The translations under genes and the position numbers were made by a program. A model generated the notes under the pieces. That model ran no database searches, was not told the DNA's origin, and saw nothing but the letters and a program-made list of their open reading frames with translations. Positions 25,496 through 33,352 of a stretch of DNA of 64,000 nucleotides are shown here, one piece after another. Origin of the DNA: an uncultured bacterium (GTDB lineage Bacteria > Verrucomicrobiota > Lentisphaeria > Victivallales > UBA1829); the NCBI GenBank assembly GCA_949297765.1, contig CASFTV010000008.1, forward strand, positions 2,137 to 66,136. The letters are read 5' to 3'. Within the stretch, counting starts at the first letter, position 1, and each line of letters opens with the position of its first letter.

Positions 25496-26314
25496 TTATT
25501 CCCGGACCCCGTAAAGATCGAGTCCGGAATCTCCGTCATGATCGGCGCTGGAATTCAGACATCCGATTCCATGATCCACGGAAAAATTGGCCGTCCCCAT
25601 CGTATTGGAACTGGCGTGATAGTATCCCGTCTGTGCCGACGCATGGCCGTCAACCCAGAGAATGTTCGCCCGCTTCTGATGGCGGAAGTGCGTCTTGTTG
25701 CAGCTGATGAGGTTGTTGACCGCCAGACCGGCGGAAGCTGAGAAGGTTGCGGAATCCCCGACACTGGCAACGCTCGACGGACGTTTGATCTTTCCCGGCC
25801 GCGCCGGGGCATACTCTCCGGAGGAAAGCATTGTCCCGAACATCATGGGAGTCCGGTGAACCACCGAATTGATTCCATAGCCGCCTCCGTTCGCGTGATC
25901 CACCGTCTGTGTTCCCAGCATGCCTTCAACCGAGGCGTCCGGACAGATGAAAACATTGGTCGACCGCTCCTGCATCACCGTCGCATCCACTCCGGCTTTC
26001 TTCAGGTAATTGGCAAGATATCCGTCCTGTGTAAAGTCGATCACATCTTTCCCGTCTTCCTTGTCAAGCCCCATGCCGCACCAGTACTTCCCGGCTCCGC
26101 CCATCAGATATTCCCGGGCGGGGCAGACATACTCAAAATCGGCGGCATACATCGCAAGCGCCGTCCCGATCTGCTTCAGACGCGACATACAGGAAACCGC
26201 GACTCCTTTGTTCCGCGCCGAACCCAGCGCGGGAAGAAGCATCCCCGCAAGAATCGCAATGATCGCAATTACAACCAGAAGCTCTATCAAAGTAAAGCTC
26301 TTTCTCCTGAACAT
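25496..26314 (-). CDS. Prepilin-type N-terminal domain / H-X9-DG protein, cassette E
   Basis: [31 protein letters not shown]-terminal [13 protein letters not shown] is H-X9-DG. Confidence 0.88.
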   Translation of the reverse strand: MFRRKSFTLIELLVVIAIIAILAGMLLPALGSARNKGVAVSCMSRLKQIGTALAMYAADFEYVCPAREYLMGGAGKYWCGMGLDKEDGKDVIDFTQDGYLANYLKKAGVDATVMQERSTNVFICPDASVEGMLGTQTVDHANGGGYGINSVVHRTPMMFGTMLSSGEYAPARPGKIKRPSSVASVGDSATFSASAGLAVNNLISCNKTHFRHQKRANILWVDGHASAQTGYYHASSNTMGTANFSVDHGIGCLNSSADHDGDSGLDLYGVRE

Positions 26315-26353
26315 GTTTTTCTTCTCCTCAATTGACCCGTATCCGGGCTGTTT

Positions 26354-26370
26354 AATTAGTCTAAGCTAAT
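26354..26370. promoter_or_regulatory. 17-mer AATTAGTCTAAGCTAAT (ATTAG-N6-CTAAT palindrome), copy 1
   Basis: Lies in the predicted 5' leader, 40 nt upstream of ATG 26314. It differs by one base from copy 2 at 26494-26510. Confidence 0.5.
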
Positions 26371-26383
26371 TTTCAATTCCGGC

Positions 26384-26407
26384 ACCACCCCGCGCGTTCA
26401 GGGTGGT
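26384..26407 (-). other. Leader stem-loop ACCACCC-10 nt-GGGTGGT
   Basis: 7-bp perfect stem inside the predicted roughly 140-nt 5' leader of pilin-like gene E. No U-tract. Confidence 0.35.
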
Positions 26408-26458
26408 CAAGGGAAGCCGTGTTGAAAATCAGCAGGGACTTGTTTTGTTTCTGGAGGT

Positions 26459-26486
26459 AATATAGCGCGTCGAAACGATTTGTCAA
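26459..26486 (-). promoter_or_regulatory. Sigma70-type promoter for pilin-like gene E
   Basis: The minus strand reads TTGACA-16 nt-TATATT. This implies a long leader that contains the hairpin and copy 1 of the 17-mer. Confidence 0.55.
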
Positions 26487-26493
26487 GAGAAGA

Positions 26494-26510
26494 AATTAGT
26501 TTAAGCTAAT
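26494..26510. promoter_or_regulatory. 17-mer AATTAGTTTAAGCTAAT, copy 2
   Basis: Lies about 8 nt upstream of the -35 hexamer on the minus strand. Same ATTAG-N6-CTAAT architecture as copy 1. Confidence 0.5.
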
Positions 26511-26556
26511 ATTTTTTTCAAAGATCTTGTTTTTCCCTTTTTCGGGAGGGAGAGGA

Positions 26557-29500
26557 TCAGTTCAGGAGGAATTCGAGATCCTCCATGGAGATGGAGCGCA
26601 TCGCTTCGGTCGGGGACTCGACAAGGTTCTCGAAGAGATCGTTTTTGATCTTCTGGAGTTCCAGGACTTTTTCCTCGATGGAATTTTCGACGATCAGTTT
26701 GATGCAGGTCACGGCGCGGGTCTGCCCGATTCTGTGGGAACGGTCCTCCGCCTGCGCCTCGGCGGCGGGGTTCCACCAGGGATCGTAAATGATGACGGTG
26801 TCGGCGGATGTCAGGTTCAATCCGACCCCTCCGGCTTTCAGGCTCAGCAGGAACACCGGAATATCCGGCGACTCGTTGAAACGGTCCACATGCGCCATGC
26901 GGTCTCCGGTGGAGCCGTCCAGGTACTCGTATTTCAGCGACTGGCGGTCCATCCAGTCGCGGATCAGCTTCAGCAGCGAGGTGAACTGACTGAACAGCAG
27001 CACCTTGTGTCCGCTGTCCACCGATTCCAGCAGCAGTTCCTTGAGCAGCTCCATCTTTGCCGACTCTTTCACATCGGGATTCAGCTCCGGGGGCAGAAGC
27101 GCCGGATCGCAGCAGATCTGCCGCAGACGCAGCAGGGCGCTGAGCATCTCGAAGCGGGAATCTTTTGAAGCACCCGTGCGGAGTTTTTCCATCACTTCCC
27201 GTCCGCGCAGACGGAATTTCTCATAGAATGCACGCTGCGCGGCGCCCATTTCGCAGTAGAGGATCTGTTCCTGCTTCGGCGGCAGCTCCCTGTTGACATC
27301 CGACTTTTTGCGGCGGAGCATGAACGGAGCAATCCGTTCCGCCAGCTCGTTCAGGATCTCCGGCGACGGATTCACCACATAGCGGCTGCGGAAGGAGGTC
27401 TGCGATCCGAGAAGCCCGTGATGCAGGAAATCGAAGATCGACCACAGATCCTCGGGCGAATTCTCCAGCGGCGTTCCGGTCAGCACCAGACGGTGAACCG
27501 ATTCCACCATTTTACAGGCCTGCGCATTTGCCGTTGCCGGATTTTTGATATGCTGCGCCTCGTCCAGAATCACATAGCGGAAACGGATGCCGCGGAAGAG
27601 CTCCATGTCGCGCCGGATCAGACTGTAGGAAGTAATGCAGAGATCGTGCGCAGCGGCTTTTTCCCAGAGATTCCTCCGGTCGTTTCCGGAAATTTCGAGG
27701 ACTTTCAGCTCCGGCGTGAAGCGGGCGCTTTCGCGCGCCCAGTTTTCGATCAGACTGGTCGGACAGATGATCAGCGCGGGAAGATTCTCCACCACATCCG
27801 ACGCCAGCAGAGCAAGAGTCTGAATGGTTTTTCCAAGTCCCATCTCGTCGGCGAGCACCAGATTGCATCCCTGTTTTCCCATGGCGGAAAGCCAGCGGAC
27901 CCCCTGCATCTGATAGTTGCGCAGTTCGCCCCGGAAGAGTCCGGCGGGGATCAGAGATTCGCCGGAGGCGCTCTCCGTCAATGCGGTGTCGTAATCAAGT
28001 TTGAGGCGCAGGAATGCCGTCGGCACCGCTCCCGGAATTCCATCCGCCATTTTCGCCCAGTGGTATGCGGCGGGACGGATCAGGCGAAGCACCTCCGCGA
28101 GATCCTCCCGGCGCGCCTCCTGTCCCGGCACCGGATGAGCGATATCGGCCACCGCGGCGGCGAGGCGGCGCATCTGCGGCGGAATCTTGATCAGAAGCGC
28201 GCCGCCGGACGACAGAAACAGCTCGTTGCGCACCGACGCCTTCACCAGATCTCTCCAGCGGACCGGCACTCCGGCGGCGGAAAGCGTGACCTTCAGATCG
28301 AATCCTTCCTCGCGCTCCGCGACAATCTCCGTCGAAATGCGGAGCGCGGAAGCATCCCCGCAAAGCATTGCAAGCGGAGAGGAGAGCGCGAACCGGCGCC
28401 GGCTTCCCATCCAGAGCGGAATCAGATCGTCCACGAACTGTCCGATTGCCTCGCGGTCGCGGAGAAGCAGACGGGTTTCCGAATCGCCGCTTTCGCCCCC
28501 TTTCACCAGTTCAAAACCGAAATTGACCAGTTCGTCAACGACAGCTTTTTCGCCTTCGGAATCGCGGCGCCAGTAGACGCCGTCCTTTTCCGCGAGACGC
28601 TGCTGATCGCCCTTGCAGAGCTGTCCTCCGTAATCGAACAGGACCTCGATCTCCAGGCATCCGTCGACGCGCATGCCTCCGTCGAAAAACGGCTTGAAGC
28701 GGCGCTGGTTCACCTGGACATTCCCCGTTTCGATCACCTTGACGGGGAGCCAGTCGGACTTTGCAAGAATCGCCGCCGATTTCCGGTCGCACGGCTGGAC
28801 AGTTGTCCGGAGGAAGTTCCGGATCCAGAGCACATCGGCCTGTGCGCAGATCCACCAGTACTCTCCGAGCATCCCGATCCAGCACCCGGCGCGGCCCGCC
28901 ACCACCTTGACATCCTTCAGCGGCAGAGGAACCCCTTTGACGATAATCGCCGACCGCAGAATACATCCGCCCTCCGCATCCTCGATCAGCAGTGCCGGCT
29001 CCGCATGATCCTTGTGGATCACCACCTTTTCCTTCATCCGGAAAAACCGCTGGAAATCAATCAGGCAGTGGAAGAATTCCGCCGTCTGCTCCGCGTCGAG
29101 GGAAAGTTTGGTTCCGTCCTGCTGCGCGTTGATCGCCAGATAGCGGATCACCTGGCGGTCCTGCTGGGGAAACAGACTGAGCTGAAGGGAGACCGCCAGA
29201 TTCTTGCCGAAATGCAGCTGCCGCAGATTGTTCAGATTCCCCGCATAGTCCCGGTTGTTCCAGTGGAGCGTGACGGTAAACAGCGTCCGCTCCCATTTGC
29301 TCGGCATGTGGGGAAAATCGGATTCCGCGTTGATGATCACCAGCGCCTCCGGGGGCGCGAGAACCTGTTTCAGAAGTTCGGGAAGACCGGAAAATTTGAG
29401 TCCGGCATAGCGGGCGGGATGATCCGCCTCGCTCCGCTCCTGCGGCTTGATCGTATATTTCGCATGGTGCAGACAGGCGGCGATCGCATGGCAGCAGAAC

Positions 29501-29730
29501 GCGCCCGGATTCCGTTCACAGGAACAGACCGCGGAAAAGGGACCGTCCGGAAAACCGTGGACCTCCACACGGGAGACGATCCCCTTGTGATCGCGAAACA
29601 CCGCCCGCAGAACGCCCGGAAGGCTCTCGTGGCAGCAGAGAAGTTCTCCGTTTTTCAGGATGCTCTTCGCCCGCTTGAACGCCTCCTTCGATCCTCTCTG
29701 AATCAGATTTGACTCAAAACTCTGCGCCAT
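26557..29730 (-). CDS. SWIM zinc-finger + SNF2-family (RapA/HepA-like) helicase/translocase
   Basis: 1057 aa. N-terminal AVCSCERNPGAFCCHAIAACLHH matches the SWIM CxC...CxH pattern. LRNYQMQGVRWL, LADEMGLGKT (motif I), ILDEAQHIKN (DEAQ box), and C-terminal GGVGLNLTSADTVIIYDPWWNPAAEAQAEDRSHRIGQ (helicase C). Confidence 0.9.
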   Translation of the reverse strand: MAQSFESNLIQRGSKEAFKRAKSILKNGELLCCHESLPGVLRAVFRDHKGIVSRVEVHGFPDGPFSAVCSCERNPGAFCCHAIAACLHHAKYTIKPQERSEADHPARYAGLKFSGLPELLKQVLAPPEALVIINAESDFPHMPSKWERTLFTVTLHWNNRDYAGNLNNLRQLHFGKNLAVSLQLSLFPQQDRQVIRYLAINAQQDGTKLSLDAEQTAEFFHCLIDFQRFFRMKEKVVIHKDHAEPALLIEDAEGGCILRSAIIVKGVPLPLKDVKVVAGRAGCWIGMLGEYWWICAQADVLWIRNFLRTTVQPCDRKSAAILAKSDWLPVKVIETGNVQVNQRRFKPFFDGGMRVDGCLEIEVLFDYGGQLCKGDQQRLAEKDGVYWRRDSEGEKAVVDELVNFGFELVKGGESGDSETRLLLRDREAIGQFVDDLIPLWMGSRRRFALSSPLAMLCGDASALRISTEIVAEREEGFDLKVTLSAAGVPVRWRDLVKASVRNELFLSSGGALLIKIPPQMRRLAAAVADIAHPVPGQEARREDLAEVLRLIRPAAYHWAKMADGIPGAVPTAFLRLKLDYDTALTESASGESLIPAGLFRGELRNYQMQGVRWLSAMGKQGCNLVLADEMGLGKTIQTLALLASDVVENLPALIICPTSLIENWARESARFTPELKVLEISGNDRRNLWEKAAAHDLCITSYSLIRRDMELFRGIRFRYVILDEAQHIKNPATANAQACKMVESVHRLVLTGTPLENSPEDLWSIFDFLHHGLLGSQTSFRSRYVVNPSPEILNELAERIAPFMLRRKKSDVNRELPPKQEQILYCEMGAAQRAFYEKFRLRGREVMEKLRTGASKDSRFEMLSALLRLRQICCDPALLPPELNPDVKESAKMELLKELLLESVDSGHKVLLFSQFTSLLKLIRDWMDRQSLKYEYLDGSTGDRMAHVDRFNESPDIPVFLLSLKAGGVGLNLTSADTVIIYDPWWNPAAEAQAEDRSHRIGQTRAVTCIKLIVENSIEEKVLELQKIKNDLFENLVESPTEAMRSISMEDLEFLLN

Positions 29731-29867
29731 CTTCCCTTCCTCAAATGAAATAGAACGAATCTACAAATGGGTAATGTAGCGCAGGATCTGCAAGAAGTAA
29801 ACTCAAAAATCAAAAAAAAAGCGATTTTTCTCCCTTTGTGCCGGGAGGAGGATCGGAAAGGGGGTGT

Positions 29868-29889
29868 TCCGGGAGGGTGCATCCTCCCG
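29868..29889 (-). terminator. Hairpin after the sugar-binding protein gene (CCGGGAGG-6 nt-CCTCCCGG)
   Basis: 8-bp stem located 26 nt downstream of stop 29915 on the minus strand. The T-tract is poor. Confidence 0.4.
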
Positions 29890-29914
29890 GAAACAGCCGG
29901 AAACCGGCAGAGGA

Positions 29915-30883
29915 TCAGTAGGCGGAATCGGGAAAATAATACTTCGCGGCGTTGGACTTGTCCACGATTTCCGAAGGAATGACAACCCGCTTTTCCGTTG
30001 TCAGAGGCTGCCGGCGGGCCCCGGCGACCGCATGGTCGACTCCCACCGCGATCATCCGCGGAGGATAGGTCACGGTCAGCGGGACGACCGGATCACCGTC
30101 GAGAATCCTTTTCACGATCTGTTTTCCGCCACCGCCGCCGACGATCAGTTTGATGTCTTTGCGGTTGGCCTCCTGCCAGGCTTTCAGGGCACCGACCAGC
30201 ACGTCGTCGTCACCGACCCACACCGCGTCGATCTTCGGATATTTCTGGAGATAGTTCTCCATGAGCTTGAGTCCTTTTTCCGTATCCCAGTAGGCGGACT
30301 GCGACTCCAGGATCTTCATGCCGGGATGCTTTGCGATCTCCGCGCGGAATGCGTTGACCCGGTCGGAATTGACCGGACAGGGAATGCCCTCCATAACCAG
30401 GATGCCGCCCTTTCCGTTCAGATGTTTGACGATCGCATCCGCGGCGGCTTTTCCGAATCCGGCGTTATCCCCGGCGACCGTCACGTTCTGAACGTCTTTG
30501 GTGAGTCCGCGGTCAACGACCACCAGATATTTTCCCTGTTTTGCGGCGCTGGAGCAGATTCCCGTCAGCGGCCCCGGCTCATGGGGAAGCACGACCAGAG
30601 CATCCACGTTCTGAACCAGCAGATTTTCGATCTTGTCAACCTGTTCCGCGGCATCCTTCGCGGTCGAAATCAGCACCCGGACGTTCGGGTCCTTTGCCTC
30701 CCACTCTTTTTTCGCCTGCTCGGCCCACCAGACGATTCCGCCGGTCCATCCGTGGTCCGCGGCGGGAATCGAAACCCCGATCCGGACCGTGTTTTTCCCG
30801 GCATCCGACTCGCCGCAGGAACTGCCGAGAAGCATTGCCGCGGCACAGAGGAGAATCCCCGGTGCAAGTTTCCATCGTTTCAT
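29915..30883 (-). CDS. ABC sugar transporter substrate-binding lipoprotein (ribose/RbsB-like PBP type I)
   Basis: MKRWKLAPGILLCAAAMLLGSSCGE is a lipobox LGSSC. It has a PBP type-I pattern (VRIGVSIPAADHGW..., VVVDRGL, GDDDVLVGALKA). Confidence 0.85.
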   Translation of the reverse strand: MKRWKLAPGILLCAAAMLLGSSCGESDAGKNTVRIGVSIPAADHGWTGGIVWWAEQAKKEWEAKDPNVRVLISTAKDAAEQVDKIENLLVQNVDALVVLPHEPGPLTGICSSAAKQGKYLVVVDRGLTKDVQNVTVAGDNAGFGKAAADAIVKHLNGKGGILVMEGIPCPVNSDRVNAFRAEIAKHPGMKILESQSAYWDTEKGLKLMENYLQKYPKIDAVWVGDDDVLVGALKAWQEANRKDIKLIVGGGGGKQIVKRILDGDPVVPLTVTYPPRMIAVGVDHAVAGARRQPLTTEKRVVIPSEIVDKSNAAKYYFPDSAY

Positions 30884-30915
30884 AGTCTGTTTCCTTTCCT
30901 GTCAGTGAAAAATTG

Positions 30916-31929
30916 TTATGCCGCCGTTTTGCGTTGAATCATCACGGCGATGATGATAACCAGTCCCTTGACCGTTCCCTGAAGGGTCACGGAGATTCCC
31001 CACATGTCGAGCACGTTGGAGACGATTCCGAGAATCAGAGCCCCCGCGAGAGTCCCCCAGACCGACGCCTTTCCGCCGTTCATCGAACTGCCTCCGATAA
31101 TCACGGCGGCAATCGCGTCCAGCTCGTAGGAGAGACCGGCGCTGGTCGAGCTGACCGCGTTCAGACGGCTTCCGAACAGAAGCGCGCTGATCCCCGCCGT
31201 CGTTCCCGCGATCAGGTACGTCGCATACTTCACCGCTCCGGTACGGATTCCGGAATAGCGCGCCACGCGCTCATTCGATCCGACCGCGCAGATGTGACGG
31301 CCGAGCCGCATTCTCTTCAGAAAAATGGAGAGCAGGACCGTCAGGATCAGCATGATCCAGACCGGAAGCGGAATCCGGGCGAACGCGGCTCCTCCGAATG
31401 AGCGGAACGCCTCGTTCTCCGTCGACACGAGTCCGGAATCGGCGAAATAGAGCGTCAGCGAACGGAAAATCACCATCGTGCCGAGCGTTGCGATGAACGG
31501 AGGGATTTTCCCGAGCGAGACAAGCAGTCCGTTCGCGGTTCCTCCGAGCGCTCCGACCGCCACAGCGACAAGAGCCGCCAGAGCCACCGCCGCCGTCTCC
31601 GAACCGGGAAACGCATTCATGCTCATGATGGAAAGCGCGCCGGACAGCGCCAGAAGGGAACCGACCGAAAGGTCAATCCCCGCGCCCGCGATCACAAACG
31701 TCATGCCCAGCGCGATGATGCCGCTGTAGGAGACCTGCCGCGTGATGTTGATCAGATTCTGGACATTGCGGAAATGCTCGTTGGAAAGGCAGCAGAGCAG
31801 CAGCAGAACCGCCAGAGCGGCGTACGGCCCTCCCGTGCTTTTCAACAGACGAACCACCGTGCTTGAAAATTTACTGGACTCCGGTTGCAAGATACATGAT
31901 CTCCTCTTCTGTAACGTGTTCGCGCTCAA
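30916..31929 (-). CDS. ABC sugar transporter permease (RbsC-like)
   Basis: Multi-TM protein with GIDLSVGSLLALSG, typical of the branched/ribose permease family. Start is uncertain. The track start 31929 is TTG, and an SD-like AGGAGA precedes an in-frame TTG at 31890. The ATPase stop is at 31871. Confidence 0.8.
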   Translation of the reverse strand: MSANTLQKRRSCILQPESSKFSSTVVRLLKSTGGPYAALAVLLLLCCLSNEHFRNVQNLINITRQVSYSGIIALGMTFVIAGAGIDLSVGSLLALSGALSIMSMNAFPGSETAAVALAALVAVAVGALGGTANGLLVSLGKIPPFIATLGTMVIFRSLTLYFADSGLVSTENEAFRSFGGAAFARIPLPVWIMLILTVLLSIFLKRMRLGRHICAVGSNERVARYSGIRTGAVKYATYLIAGTTAGISALLFGSRLNAVSSTSAGLSYELDAIAAVIIGGSSMNGGKASVWGTLAGALILGIVSNVLDMWGISVTLQGTVKGLVIIIAVMIQRKTAA

Positions 31930-33337
31930 GGCATCCGGCGAGCCGGCCGGCGCGCATGACGAAAACCTTTTCGCACATGCCGATCACCTCCTCCAGATCG
32001 GAGGAGATCAGCAGACAGGCCACGCCGTTCTGCGCAAGTTCACGGATGAATGTGTAAATATCACTGCGGGCGCCGATATCAACGCCGCGGGTCGGTTCAT
32101 CAAAAATAAACACCTTCGGACGGGTGTCAAGGCACTTTGCAAGAGCCACCTTCTGCTGATTTCCCCCGCTCAGAAACTTGAGCTGCGCCGTCGGCGAGGG
32201 CGTCCGGATGCGGAATTTTTCAATATAGGATTCCGTTGTCCGGAGGACCTCCTCCCCGCGGATGAATCCGGCCCGGCAGTAGCGCGCCAGACTGGAGAGG
32301 GTCGTATTGGCATCCACCGGGAATTCGGTCAGAATTCCGCTTCCCTGCCGGTCCTCGGAAAGATAGACGATTCCCCGGACAATCGCCTCGGAAGGATTCT
32401 TCAGGCGGAGAGGAACCCCGTTCAGACGGATCGTGCCGCGGGAACGGCGGATCGCACAGACGGCTTCCGCCAGCTCCGTGCGTCCGGCGCCGGCCAGACC
32501 GGCCAGACCGGTGATCCCTTTCCCGAGCGTGAAGGAGACATCCCGCACCTCCCGTCCGGACGAGAGATGCTCCACGGAAAGAACGGCTTCGGAATCCGGC
32601 ATCTCCTTCGGGGGAAACATTCTTGTCAGTTCGCGTCCGACCATGCGGCGGGCGATTTCGTGGGCGCTCAGTTCCGCGGCGGGATCGCAGCTGACCAGCA
32701 CGCCGTCCCGCAGCACCGCGACCCGGTCGCAGACCGCCCGGATCTCCTCCAGACGGTGAGAAATGAAAATCACCGACGTCCCTGCCGCGCGCAGCTCCCG
32801 CATGATCCGGAACAGGATCGCCGCCTCGTTCTGATTCAGCACAGTCGTCGGCTCGTCCATAATCAGCAGACGGCATTTGACCGAGAGAGCCTTTGCGATT
32901 TCCACCATCTGCTTCTCGGCAACCCCGAGCGAAGCGATCCTCCGAGCGGGATCCAGCTCCACACCCAGACGGGCGAGCTGGACGCGCGCCCCCTCGTTCA
33001 TCGCCTTTCGGTCGAGCAGACCGAAACGGACCGGCTCGCGTCCGAGAAAGATATTCTCCGCCACGGTCAGATCATTGACAAGATTGAACTCCTGCGGAAT
33101 GCCGGCGATCTCCTTTTCCCCGGGACGCAGCGTCTGTCCGAGAAAACGGATCGTTCCCGAATCGGGACGGTGGATTCCGAGCAGGCATTTGACCAGAGTC
33201 GATTTTCCCGCCCCGTTCTCCCCCACCAGACCGAGGATCTCGCCGGACCCGACCGTCAGCGAAACACCGGAAAGGACAGCGGTCCCTCCGAACGATTTGA
33301 CGATCGAATCCAGTTCAAGCAGCGGTTCCGTCGGCAT
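31871..33337 (-). CDS. ABC sugar transporter ATP-binding protein, duplicated ATPase (RbsA-like)
   Basis: 488 aa. Walker A GENGAGKST, a signature LSGGNQQK, and two nucleotide-binding halves. Confidence 0.9.
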   Translation of the reverse strand: MPTEPLLELDSIVKSFGGTAVLSGVSLTVGSGEILGLVGENGAGKSTLVKCLLGIHRPDSGTIRFLGQTLRPGEKEIAGIPQEFNLVNDLTVAENIFLGREPVRFGLLDRKAMNEGARVQLARLGVELDPARRIASLGVAEKQMVEIAKALSVKCRLLIMDEPTTVLNQNEAAILFRIMRELRAAGTSVIFISHRLEEIRAVCDRVAVLRDGVLVSCDPAAELSAHEIARRMVGRELTRMFPPKEMPDSEAVLSVEHLSSGREVRDVSFTLGKGITGLAGLAGAGRTELAEAVCAIRRSRGTIRLNGVPLRLKNPSEAIVRGIVYLSEDRQGSGILTEFPVDANTTLSSLARYCRAGFIRGEEVLRTTESYIEKFRIRTPSPTAQLKFLSGGNQQKVALAKCLDTRPKVFIFDEPTRGVDIGARSDIYTFIRELAQNGVACLLISSDLEEVIGMCEKVFVMRAGRLAGCLEREHVTEEEIMYLATGVQ

Positions 33338-33352
33338 CGGCGCCCTCTCTTC

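Noticed and set aside
26557-29730. SNF2 helicase as part of a DISARM/Zorya/BREX-like defence system. Also the idea that the AlbA_2 protein, orphan methyltransferase and NYN protein form a defence island.
   Set aside because: No partner genes (DUF1998, PLD, MotAB-like ZorAB, PglX/Z and similar) are adjacent. The candidate genes are 15-25 kb apart, separated by housekeeping operons, and each has its own promoter and terminator. I saw no integrase, tRNA or flanking direct repeats.
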